A DNA stretch of 51,733 nt from an uncultured Clostridia bacterium (GTDB taxonomy: Bacteria > Bacillota > Clostridia > Christensenellales > CAG-1252). The stretch spans positions 1 through 51,733 of the forward strand of contig CALYRM010000005.1 of NCBI GenBank assembly GCA_945482995.1. Reading direction: 5' to 3'. The translations under genes and the position numbers were made by a program. This document shows positions 8,263-17,246 of this stretch, one piece after another; positions within the stretch are counted from its first letter, which is position 1; each line of letters begins with the position of its first letter. The notes beneath the pieces are model-generated. The model ran no database searches and was not told the DNA's origin. It was given only the letters and a program-made list of their open reading frames with translations.

Positions 8263-9690
8263 CTACTTAGTTTTAGCAATTACCAACTCAGATCCGACTC
8301 CGTTTTTGGTAATCTCGGTCAACTCAACGCCAAGTTCTCTAGCCAAAATTTCAGCAACCTGCGGTTGACAAAAGCCGCCTTGACATCTTCCCATACCCGA
8401 CCTTGTTCTTCTCTTAATAGCGTCAATATCTCTTGCCGGGGGATTTTCTCTTATTGCTTTAATAATTTCACCCTCAGTTATTTGTTCACAGCGACAAATG
8501 ATTCGACCAAAAGATGGATCTTTTTTGATTATCTCGTTTTTCTCTGCAACCGATAAATCCTTAAAGAAATACTCGGGAGTTCTTGTCCCATTAAAGTCTG
8601 CCTTTTTCTCGCCATGTAGTTTGTTATTTATCATTTCGCAAACATACTCGGCGATTGCAGGCGCTGATGTAAGCCCCGGGGACTCTATGCCAACGCAATT
8701 AATCAAATTATCAACTGCCTTACTCTCTTCAATAATAAAATCGCCCTTTTCGGTATATGCTCTTACACCCGTAAACGAAGTGATCGAATTGTAAATGGGA
8801 GTGTTAGGACACATTATTTTTGCTTTTGCCATAACCTCAGCCAACCCCTTTTGAGTAGTGATTGGAGTAATATCTTCAACCTTTTCAGAGGTTGGTCCTA
8901 ATATTATGTTATGGTCTGCTGTGCCCGAAACAAGAATACCCTTTCCCTTTTCCGTCGGAGTAAAAAACAATGTATGCGATACAAAATCTCCGCTTTCTCT
9001 ATCAAGCAGTATATATTCACCTCGTTTTCCCTTGATCTCAAAAGAATAATCACCGAAGGCATTTGCAACCTTTGTAGAGCCAATACCTGCACAGTTAATT
9101 ACAACCTTACCTTCAACTGTTTTATTATCTTTTGAATAAAGTTTAAAGCCTCTATCCATTTTTTCAACTTTGGTCAGCTCAAAGTTGGTAATTAGATCTG
9201 CTCCATTATCCATTGCATTTCCGATAGCGGCAATAGTCAAGCAATACGGACAGATAATACCTGCTGTTGGTGCATAAAGCGCTGCAATAGCGTTAGGCGA
9301 AACGTTAGGTTCGAGCTCATGGAGCTTAGCGCTATCGATAATCTCAAGCTCTTTAACGCCATTTTTTTCGCCACGCTCTAATAAATTATTCAGCATAGCG
9401 ACATCACTTTCATTAAAGGCGACAACCAATGAACCGCAATTCAAATATTTTACGCCAAGTTCTTTTGCGTAATCGGGCATCATTTGACAACCCAAAACAT
9501 TAAACTTCGCTTTTAAAGTTCCAACATGAGCGTCAAATCCGGCATGAACGATACCTGAATTTGCTTTGCTTTGCCCCATGCAAACGTCGTTTTCTTTTTC
9601 TAATAAGCATATAGAATAATTGTATTTGCTCAATGCGCGTAAAATCGTTCCGCCTATTACGCCTCCGCCTACTACTATTACATCATACAT
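8263..9690 (-). CDS. GlpA/LhgO-like FAD oxidoreductase with a C-terminal BFD-like [2Fe-2S] domain (probable glycerol-3-phosphate dehydrogenase subunit)
   Basis: VVGGGVIG, SKANSGIVHAG, GIESPGLTSAPA, CRCE...GMGRCQGGFC. Confidence 0.8.
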   Translation of the reverse strand: MYDVIVVGGGVIGGTILRALSKYNYSICLLEKENDVCMGQSKANSGIVHAGFDAHVGTLKAKFNVLGCQMMPDYAKELGVKYLNCGSLVVAFNESDVAMLNNLLERGEKNGVKELEIIDSAKLHELEPNVSPNAIAALYAPTAGIICPYCLTIAAIGNAMDNGADLITNFELTKVEKMDRGFKLYSKDNKTVEGKVVINCAGIGSTKVANAFGDYSFEIKGKRGEYILLDRESGDFVSHTLFFTPTEKGKGILVSGTADHNIILGPTSEKVEDITPITTQKGLAEVMAKAKIMCPNTPIYNSITSFTGVRAYTEKGDFIIEESKAVDNLINCVGIESPGLTSAPAIAEYVCEMINNKLHGEKKADFNGTRTPEYFFKDLSVAEKNEIIKKDPSFGRIICRCEQITEGEIIKAIRENPPARDIDAIKRRTRSGMGRCQGGFCQPQVAEILARELGVELTEITKNGVGSELVIAKTK

Positions 9691-9820
9691 AATCTTTTTC
9701 TCACTTTAAAATTTTATTTGCAAGAATTATCTTACAGCACGTTATTAGATCTAAAATTATGCGAAAAATTACATTTTAAAACACAAAATAACATTAAATC
9801 TAATTTTTTTGTCAGTATAA

Positions 9821-9849
9821 ATTTTATCACTATATAGAGCGAAAATCAA
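9821..9849 (-). promoter_or_regulatory. Sigma-A promoter of the GlpA-like cluster
   Basis: TTGATT-N17-TAAAAT. Confidence 0.5.
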
Positions 9850-10080
9850 CTACAAATTTTTTAATTATTTAATTATTTTTTAATATTACAAATCGGATTA
9901 TCTATCATTGCACGTTGTCTATCAAGAATTCGTAAAACAATATAGTCATTTCTAAAAATAATATCGCCATTTTAAGCCTATTCGAGAAATCTTTCTTGTT
10001 CCGTCATATTGTAACATAAATAAAAAGTAACAAAAAAAAGAATAGCACTTCATATCCGAATAGCTATTCCCTTATTAGTT

Positions 10081-12669
10081 CTATTTTAACATTTTCTTTT
10101 TTACAATTTTATAACCAAGTTTATCTAGTAAATTAGTAGCATTGTCTAACGCATCATAATCATTCTTGATTGTGTCTTCTTCTTTTTCTGATGTGGAGCA
10201 ATTCTTCGCAACAATCTTTCTAAAATCTATTAGTCCTTTCATGGTAGTTATGTTACTATGCATTCTTCTAGAATAATCCTTTCCTTTATTTGGCTTATTG
10301 ATATCTTCAATTGTGGACGGTACTAACCCGTGTGCAATCATAAATGCATTCCACCTTAAATGCTCAAGAGTAGCATAAATATCTCTTATCGACATTTGGT
10401 CAACGGGTTTAATTGTGTATAGTTCATCGCTATTCTCCTTTTTGTTGCCATCTGAGGATTGATAATAAGTTTTCAAAAATTCAATATTAGCATTGGAGTC
10501 ATTGGATGCGGTTTCTAAAGTATTTTCTATACCATTTTTATTACTTTGATTTTCAACGTTCTCTTTCTTTTTATAATCGAAGCCTAATAGATTCAATTTA
10601 GACCGTAGACCTAAAACACTGTATATATTCGAATATCTAATAATTGGCAACATAGTAGTTAACCATTCTTTTTCTGCTTGTTTCCTTTTTCTTATTGCCA
10701 TTTCTTGTTTTTCTTTGGCTTCTATTTTCTTTTTTTCTTCTTCTGATACTTCATTTTTATCAGTTTGTTTTTCTATCGTTTCCCTTTGTTTTCTTCCCTT
10801 CTTTCCTTTTTTTAATGATTCTTTTTCATCGGTTACTATTTCTAATCTTTCTTTCTCTTTTTCTTGTTTTGCTTTGTTTTCTTCTTTCGATATTAAGTAA
10901 AGAGTATGTTGACTGATTCCCAAATCAACATATTTATCATTAATAATATGATCAAGATCGTATACCGTATGGTCCTCGTTTCCAATTACATAACAATGTT
11001 CCTGTTTAAACTTGAAATATTTATTCGTTTGGTCAGTGATATGACCGGACTTAATCGCGTTATGATTTTTTGAATCACGAACTTTAACAAATACCCAAAT
11101 ATCGTCTATTCCCCAATCATACGATAATTCAAGTATTTTATGTGCCATATCAATGTTTTCTAAATCGGTGCCAAACGCAATTATTACAAAGTTAATTGAT
11201 GCTTTTTTCGCTGAAACGTGTTTTTTTAATGATGCATAGAATTTAGGATCATTTATATCACAGTTTTCTATAACTTCATTCCAAGGAAGTTCCGGAAGTT
11301 CTAAATAATCATTTTTATCATAGTATTGGCGTTCGTTTTTGTAACGATGAATGGAATGATTAAGATTTTTTACTTCACCAAAATTAGATTTATCATAAAT
11401 GTAGTAATTTACATTTTTTTGCACAAGCATATTATTATCATCGGTAGTTAAATATTGGTTATTGGCGACTGATGCAAGATATATTTGTTGATTAGTCTTA
11501 CCAAAGCCTACAAGAAAAGCATTAATTTCAGCTTCCTTTTTCAAAACATGTGTTTTTTCATCAATTTCATCACCATTCATATACATAGAGAATGGGTATT
11601 TACTGATAAAATCAAGTGCAATCCGCTTATACTTATTAAAATAGCTTAGACAACCGCCGGCATTTAAGCAAAACTCTTCATATATGGATTCGTGTGAAGG
11701 TTCGGAATATACGTAGATATGTAAACTTTTATAAAAAAATTCACGGGAAATTTCATCTAACGCCTTTATTTTGTCAACAAATTTTCTAGTTAAGCTAACG
11801 TTTCTTTCTGCATTTCCGGTGTTGATAATTATATTATACAATTTCTTTTCATTATTGTTATGCCTTTTTCTTTTTGATATTTCATCAAATATGCTTTCAA
11901 CGTAAGAATCTTCATTCTTTATGTTTTTGTAACGAATATTAGATAAAAACAAATCTTTTTCGTCTTCCTTTGATAAATTATCAAGTATACGAATTTCACG
12001 CATAATCAATTTATTTTTGTTTTCTTTTCCCTTTAATACTAACGACTTTAATAATTTTTCTTTTATCTCAGCGTTCTTATATATGGTTTTGTTTTGATTG
12101 TTATTACCAAATAAAAATACTTTTTCTTTTTTCGTTACTTTAAATTTAAAGTCATAAAAAGCCTTACATAACACCTGATGTGCCATAGATAACACAAAGA
12201 CAACAGCATTTAAGAATATTAAGACATACAATACACAAATTGCCACCCTATATATCGGAAGTGCATCAAACAAACCCGCGACTACGCCATGATTATATTT
12301 TAATACCAATAAATCTATAACACGGGCTATCGTGGTGGTAATTGCCAAAATCGGACTACTCCCCGAATAGAGAATACCTATAAATAATAGAGGGATAGCA
12401 ATAAAATAAAAGATTAAACCTTTGCCTCTTTTAAAACTCCTTAAATAATTAATACGGTTCCTACGTCTTGATTCTGCTCTCTTTATTTTGTTTTTTACAG
12501 TCTTTTCATTTGGAACGTTATCGTCAAGAGATTTTTTGTCATGTTTTTTCTTCACAAATAACTTTTTAAATTGGTCAATAGGAAAATCAACAAACTTAAT
12601 GACAAAATACAAAAATGTCAATATCATTATAACTAAAGCAAATGCCGAAATAACCGTGTATGCTAGCAT
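10081..12669 (-). CDS. Membrane-anchored protein with degenerate Rossmann (TrkA-N/RCK-like) segments and a C-terminal RyR-like domain
   Basis: Three N-terminal hydrophobic segments; FLVGFGK; LEHLRWNAFM...HSNI motif typical of prokaryotic RyR-domain proteins; GGGAG SD; very AT-rich. Confidence 0.55.
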   Translation of the reverse strand: MLAYTVISAFALVIMILTFLYFVIKFVDFPIDQFKKLFVKKKHDKKSLDDNVPNEKTVKNKIKRAESRRRNRINYLRSFKRGKGLIFYFIAIPLLFIGILYSGSSPILAITTTIARVIDLLVLKYNHGVVAGLFDALPIYRVAICVLYVLIFLNAVVFVLSMAHQVLCKAFYDFKFKVTKKEKVFLFGNNNQNKTIYKNAEIKEKLLKSLVLKGKENKNKLIMREIRILDNLSKEDEKDLFLSNIRYKNIKNEDSYVESIFDEISKRKRHNNNEKKLYNIIINTGNAERNVSLTRKFVDKIKALDEISREFFYKSLHIYVYSEPSHESIYEEFCLNAGGCLSYFNKYKRIALDFISKYPFSMYMNGDEIDEKTHVLKKEAEINAFLVGFGKTNQQIYLASVANNQYLTTDDNNMLVQKNVNYYIYDKSNFGEVKNLNHSIHRYKNERQYYDKNDYLELPELPWNEVIENCDINDPKFYASLKKHVSAKKASINFVIIAFGTDLENIDMAHKILELSYDWGIDDIWVFVKVRDSKNHNAIKSGHITDQTNKYFKFKQEHCYVIGNEDHTVYDLDHIINDKYVDLGISQHTLYLISKEENKAKQEKEKERLEIVTDEKESLKKGKKGRKQRETIEKQTDKNEVSEEEKKKIEAKEKQEMAIRKRKQAEKEWLTTMLPIIRYSNIYSVLGLRSKLNLLGFDYKKKENVENQSNKNGIENTLETASNDSNANIEFLKTYYQSSDGNKKENSDELYTIKPVDQMSIRDIYATLEHLRWNAFMIAHGLVPSTIEDINKPNKGKDYSRRMHSNITTMKGLIDFRKIVAKNCSTSEKEEDTIKNDYDALDNATNLLDKLGYKIVKKKMLK

Positions 12670-12831
12670 GACTTTCTCCCTCGTATTACAAAATACTACT
12701 GTATTGATTATAAATTATATTACAATAACGTCATTTAATTGTCAATATTATTGCTCAATAATTGAACAACATTTATTCAACTTATCTATCACAAGGGGAA
12801 TATTTGCAAACTCAAAGGCGATTGGATTTTT

Positions 12832-13167
12832 CTAATTGTCAAGCCATTTACTTCCGAGTTTAAGAATGTCAATCAAAATCGGATTTGAAATATAGTAAAC
12901 CTTAAGTTTTCCGTCGTTTTTAGAATTAACTAGACCCTCTTTTTTTAATATTGTCAACTGATGAGAAACAGTAGTACGGTTTATCGCGGTCGTTATGCTT
13001 ATATCACCTACACACAATTCGCTGATTGTCAAAGAAAACATAATTTTTAATCTTGTCTTGTCGGAAAAAATATAAAAAAGATTTGCCATCACCTCAAGTT
13101 TAGTAACAGGGGGAATATAATAATTAATTAAACTTTCTATGTGCGGATTGATTTTATACGTGTTCAC
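12832..13167 (-). CDS. ArsR/SmtB family transcriptional regulator (probable GTG start at 13167)
   Basis: FSDKTRLKI, ELCVGDI, TTVSHQLTILK, GKLKVYY. Confidence 0.85.
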   Translation of the reverse strand: MNTYKINPHIESLINYYIPPVTKLEVMANLFYIFSDKTRLKIMFSLTISELCVGDISITTAINRTTVSHQLTILKKEGLVNSKNDGKLKVYYISNPILIDILKLGSKWLDN

Positions 13168-13192
13168 ATTTATAGCATAATATTCATATATT
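13165..13192 (+). promoter_or_regulatory. Sigma-K/E-like mother-cell promoter for the small ORF at 13266
   Basis: CACA-N16-CATATATT. Confidence 0.45.
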
Positions 13193-13265
13193 ATAATTGT
13201 CAATGTGCTATTTTGACCTTACTTAAGACAAAAGATTCTAAAATGTCGAAAAAGGGGGTTAACTT

Positions 13266-13448
13266 ATGTTCGGAAACAATAACAATATGCTTTTCATTTT
13301 AATTCTTCTATTAATATTTAGTTTTTCGGGTTCAGGAATAAATGATACTGAAAGTCTAGTATTAATCTTTGCAACATTTGCCCTATTGCTATCCGGTGGC
13401 AATTTATTCGGAAATAATAACTGTAACTGCAATTGTAACAACAGTTAG
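13266..13448 (+). CDS. Small hydrophobic Asn/Cys-rich protein, probably sporulation-associated
   Basis: Strong SD (AAGGGGG), two hydrophobic stretches, NCNCNCN tail, followed by a hairpin. Confidence 0.6.
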   Translation: MFGNNNNMLFILILLLIFSFSGSGINDTESLVLIFATFALLLSGGNLFGNNNCNCNCNNS

Positions 13449-13474
13449 ATAAAGTGCTTTGCCACTTTATCTAA
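13445..13474 (+). terminator. Hairpin after the small ORF
   Basis: TTAGATAAAGTG-N6-CACTTTATCTAA. Confidence 0.55.
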
Positions 13475-13503
13475 TTTGCAACGATGACAATATTAACTAA
13501 AAT

Positions 13504-13795
13504 AGATTCCTCGACTACGCTCGGAATGACAATATGGCATGAATGTCTATCCGTCTGCTTCGCAAAGAGTCGGTGCTTGTAGTGAGGTCCCTCGACGTTG
13601 CTCGGGATGACAGCGAAGCTGTCAATTCACCTTCGACTACGCACGGAATGACAATATCCATGTACCGTCATGTCGACCGTAGTGGAGACATCTACAATCA
13701 ATAAAGCGGATGAGGTCCCTCGAACAACGCTTTCAGGATGACAGCAGAGCTGTCAATTCACCTTCGACGTCGTTGCCGTACGCTTGAGAATTACA
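13504..13795. repeat. REP-like palindromic repeat cluster 1
   Basis: About 6 units such as AGATTCCTCGACTACGCTCGGAATGACA, GGTCCCTCGACGTTGCTCGGGATGACA and GTCATGTCGACCGTAGTGGAGACATCT. Confidence 0.85.
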
Positions 13796-13917
13796 GATCA
13801 AAACTGCACATTGCACATTTAACTATATGAGCAAAACTTTGCGTACGCCGACAAAGGAAAAACAAGTATTTCAAAGCATTTTGCCTTAAAATTTATTAGT
13901 GATAAAGATATGTTCGA

Positions 13918-15102
13918 CTATAACTTATTACAATCCCAAATAACCTTGCTATCGCCAACAACCCAATTTTGATTCCAACCTTTGGGCTTTTGTTTGTGTG
14001 ACGTGCAAATTAAAAGATTTGAGTTATTAAAAAATGCTTCATTATCAATTGAAATAACACAATCGGGTATAAATATTTTATCAATGGTAGAATAACCGCA
14101 AAAGCTGTTCTTTTTGATAATCTTTATATTATTATCGATACGTGTTGTTTTACAACCTGCAAGCAAAGCTTTTGTAGTTTTATCAATAATAGAGTTTCCA
14201 TTGGTTGTTAGCCTTTTGTTGTTCTCATTTATTCTAAAAGTTTCTAAACTATCGCAACCATAGAATACATTGCCGTCTAGAGAATTGAGTTTTTCACCGA
14301 TATAGACGGATTTCAAACTCGTTGAATTATAGAATACAGCTTCGCCTAAGCTTACAATATTTTCAGACAACAAAACACTTTTTAGTGACGTACAACCACT
14401 GAAAGCATAATCACCTATTGACGATAACTCTTGATTAAACTTAACTTTTTTAAGCTTCACACAATCCAAAAAGGCATATGCATTAATACGTTTAAGGTTT
14501 TCAGGCAAAACAATTTCTTCAAGACTTGAGCAACTGTCAAAGCAGTACTCTCCCAAAACTTCAATTTTATTTGAAAGCTTGATTTTAGATAGCCTTACAC
14601 AACCACTGAACGCTTTTTCACCTAGTTGTAATAAACTATCATAAAAATTTATTTTTTCAAGAGAAATGCAATCTGCAAAAGCACTGTCCCCGATTTTTTT
14701 AATTTGATCGGTTAAAACTACTTTATTTAAACCAAAACACCCCGAAAACGCATAGTTTCCAATTTCTTTAATCGATTTTGGTAAATAGATTTCAGATATA
14801 TCCGAGCCCTCAAAGCAATTGGGAGAAATAGCCACGACGCTTTTTCCGTTATACCTACTCGGTACGAATACAACGCTATCAAGACCAAGATATTCTCTCA
14901 AAGCGTATCCTTTAGAGTAAGGTTCAAACTCAAACATGCTGTCTAGCTCTTCAATGGTATAGCCATTGTATTCTTCTGATTTCGAGGCTTTTTTCTTACG
15001 CAATAGAGCTTGGTGGATATCATTTAAATTACTTCCACAGCCAACACAAAGTTTGTCTTCTAATTCAATTTTTGTTCCGCAAATCGGGCATTTAATTTCC
15101 AT
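13918..15102 (-). CDS. Zn-ribbon + BspA-type (LRR_5) leucine-rich repeat protein, no signal peptide
   Basis: CPICG...CVGCG; repeated IGxxAFxxCxxLxxIxL units; ATG at 15102. Confidence 0.85.
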   Translation of the reverse strand: MEIKCPICGTKIELEDKLCVGCGSNLNDIHQALLRKKKASKSEEYNGYTIEELDSMFEFEPYSKGYALREYLGLDSVVFVPSRYNGKSVVAISPNCFEGSDISEIYLPKSIKEIGNYAFSGCFGLNKVVLTDQIKKIGDSAFADCISLEKINFYDSLLQLGEKAFSGCVRLSKIKLSNKIEVLGEYCFDSCSSLEEIVLPENLKRINAYAFLDCVKLKKVKFNQELSSIGDYAFSGCTSLKSVLLSENIVSLGEAVFYNSTSLKSVYIGEKLNSLDGNVFYGCDSLETFRINENNKRLTTNGNSIIDKTTKALLAGCKTTRIDNNIKIIKKNSFCGYSTIDKIFIPDCVISIDNEAFFNNSNLLICTSHKQKPKGWNQNWVVGDSKVIWDCNKL

Positions 15103-15108
15103 ACTATT

Positions 15109-15138
15109 ATTATACAATGTTTTTAAACGCAATGTCAA
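15109..15138 (-). promoter_or_regulatory. Sigma-A promoter, -10 six nt from the ATG (leaderless candidate)
   Basis: TTGACA-N18-TATAAT-N6-ATG; no SD. Confidence 0.6.
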
Positions 15139-15238
15139 TATTGAATGTTAAAATGTGTAACGTTCGGTCCTTAATGAAATTTTGATACGTAATATCAACT
15201 GAGTGGAAGGAAAACCAAGTCGAAAAATTTCATCAAAA

Positions 15239-15590
15239 TGTCATTCTGAGCGTAGTCGAGGGACCTATCCAAATTGTCATCCTGAGCGGAGTGCAACGGA
15301 GTCGTGAGGATCTCATCCATATAAATGTCATCCTGAGCGGAGTGCAACGGAGTCGTGAGGATCTAATCCAAATTGTCATCCTGAGCGGAACGCAGTGAAG
15401 TCGTAAGGATCTAATCCAAATTGTCATCCTGAGCATCGTCGAGGGACCTATCCGCTTTATTGATTTTAGATGTCTCCACTTCGGTCGACATGACATTACA
15501 TGGATATTGTCATTCGTAAGCGTTGTTCGAGGGACCTCATCCAAATTGTCATCCTGAGCGGAGTGCAACGGAGTCGTGAGGATCTAATCC
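15239..15590. repeat. REP-like repeat cluster 2: seven head-to-tail TGTCAT(C/T)C-initiated units plus one inverted unit
   Basis: Units start at 15239, 15275, 15326, 15374, 15422, 15508 and 15547. Three are identical over TGTCATCCTGAGCGGAGTGCAACGGAGTCGTGAGGATCT. The inverted unit lies at 15468-15495. Confidence 0.9.
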
Positions 15591-15723
15591 GCTTGAAAAT
15601 AATGAATGTATAATGATTAATTATGGACTGAGTGATTTATATATCATTACTTATTTGACTGTCTTTTTACAAACATAATACTTAATATACAATCATTCAA
15701 TTATACATCATAAAAAAGATTAT

Positions 15724-15754
15724 GAATAAATTTCCTTTTTTTGGGTAATAACTA
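15724..15754 (+). promoter_or_regulatory. Sigma-F/G-type forespore promoter of sigG
   Basis: GAATA-N15 (T-rich)-GGTAATAACT, followed by an AAGGAG SD. Confidence 0.5.
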
Positions 15755-15771
15755 AAATTAAAGGAGAAAAA

Positions 15772-16542
15772 ATGTCGTATAAGGTATTTATTTGTGGAAT
15801 TGACACATCAAAAATTCCAAAACTTTCGCAAAAAGAAAGCTCAGAACTATTAATAAAAATATCAGAAGGAGATAAAAAAGCGCGTGAACGGTTTTTATAT
15901 AGCAACCTAAGACTAGTATTATCTGTAATTCATAGGTTTAATTTTGATCCAATGCTTACCGACGATATATTTCAAGTTGCTTGTTTAGGTTTAACGAAAG
16001 CACTAAATAATTTTAAATTTAATTTAGGCGTTCAGTTCAGCACCTATGCTGTCCCTATGATAATCGGAGAGATTAGAAGATTTTTGAGAGAAAATTCCTC
16101 TGTGAAAGTTTCAAGAAGCCTAAGAGATATTGCCTATAAGGTCATGCAAACCAAGGAAAAATATAGAAATGAGGGTTTAAACGAACCTGATATGCGCACA
16201 ATTGCTGCCGATATTGGCATTTCGTTATTTGACGTATCTATGGCTCTTGACGCAATATCCGACCCTATCTCGCTCTACGAACCCGCATATTTTGACGGCG
16301 AAGATTCTGAGCTTGTAATGGATCAAATTGCAGATAAGAATAAAGAGGATATTATAATTGAAAACTTGGACTTGCAGTCGGCAATTGACGCATTGGCACA
16401 AAGGGAACAAGAAGTTATTAAACTTAGATTCTTTGAAGGAAAAACTCAAACCGAAGTTTCAAAGTGTTGCAACGTTTCACAAGCGCAAGTATCAAGAATA
16501 GAAAACTGCGCTCTAAAAAAGCTTGAAGCGGCGCTTCGCTAA
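15772..16542 (+). CDS. sigG: Sporulation sigma factor SigG
   Basis: N-terminal KVFICGIDTSKIPKL (SigG signature), NLRLVLS, FSTYAVPMIIGEIRRFLR, SQAQVSRIE. Confidence 0.9.
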   Translation: MSYKVFICGIDTSKIPKLSQKESSELLIKISEGDKKARERFLYSNLRLVLSVIHRFNFDPMLTDDIFQVACLGLTKALNNFKFNLGVQFSTYAVPMIIGEIRRFLRENSSVKVSRSLRDIAYKVMQTKEKYRNEGLNEPDMRTIAADIGISLFDVSMALDAISDPISLYEPAYFDGEDSELVMDQIADKNKEDIIIENLDLQSAIDALAQREQEVIKLRFFEGKTQTEVSKCCNVSQAQVSRIENCALKKLEAALR

Positions 16543-17246
16543 TTTATAAATTTATTTAAATCATCTCTAAGCTTAAGTAGTACTTTTTTCTCAAGTCTAC
16601 TTATGTAACTCTGGCTGATACCTAACATATCAGCTATTTCTTTTTGCGTTTTTTCTTCTTCACCATCTAAGCCGTAACGCAGATATAATATTTTTCTTTC
16701 TTTTGCGGAAAGTTTTTCCATGCTCTTATAAAGAAGTTCGATTTCAGATTTTTTCTCGATTTCCATACATACCGAATCGGGGTCTGTTCCAATTATATCG
16801 CTTAGCATCAACTCGTTACCCTCCCAATCGGTGTTGACAGGTTCGTCAAGCGAGATTTCGCACTTTCTTCTTGAAACCTTTCTTAAATGCATCAAAATTT
16901 CATTTTCAATACACCTACTTGCATACGTCGCAAGTTTTATATTTTTATCGGGATTATAGTTATTAACCGCCTTTATTAATCCCATTGCCCCAATTGAGAT
17001 AAGGTCGCTTGTATCGGGCACGCTACCATCAAATTTTTTTGCGATGTACACAACAAGTCTTAAATTGTGTTCAATAAGTTCGTCCCGAGCCTTAGTATCA
17101 CCCATTGCTAAACGCTTCAAGACTTCCTTTTCCTCTTCTTTTGTGAAAGGAGATGGCAATGGCGCTCCATATATATAGTCAACCCTCGACCTATTTTCGC
17201 CTTTTATAATATTTAACAGTAGTTTTAATATATTCTTTATGCTCAT
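16539..17246 (-). CDS. sigE: Sporulation sigma factor SigE (pro-sigmaE)
   Basis: NLRLVVYIAKKF, KLATYASRCIENEILM, DWEGNELMLSD, GISQSYISRLEK; directly follows spoIIGA. Confidence 0.93.
   Translation of the reverse strand: MSIKNILKLLLNIIKGENRSRVDYIYGAPLPSPFTKEEEKEVLKRLAMGDTKARDELIEHNLRLVVYIAKKFDGSVPDTSDLISIGAMGLIKAVNNYNPDKNIKLATYASRCIENEILMHLRKVSRRKCEISLDEPVNTDWEGNELMLSDIIGTDPDSVCMEIEKKSEIELLYKSMEKLSAKERKILYLRYGLDGEEEKTQKEIADMLGISQSYISRLEKKVLLKLRDDLNKFIN

Noticed and set aside
13568-13579. GAGTCGGTGCTT resembles the 3' end of the SpCas9 tracrRNA (also near 41781 and, reversed, 45634)
   Set aside because: No anti-repeat, nexus or GCACCG partner strand is present, and there is no cas9; it is a linker of the REP-like family
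15144-15157. 14-nt match (AATGTTAAAATGTG) to the reverse complement of the tRNA-repeat spacer
   Set aside because: Short and AT-rich, with no extension on either side; chance is sufficient
15233-15568. 111-aa repetitive ORF
   Set aside because: It is a by-product of the DNA repeat array
15239-15590. CRISPR array
   Set aside because: The sequences between units are mostly only ~9-12 nt and nearly identical, unit length varies, one unit is inverted, the family is dispersed, and there are no cas genes
15772-16542. sigF assignment for the plus-strand sigma factor
   Set aside because: The N-terminal KVxICGxxTSKxP is characteristic of SigG, and no spoIIAA/spoIIAB lies upstream
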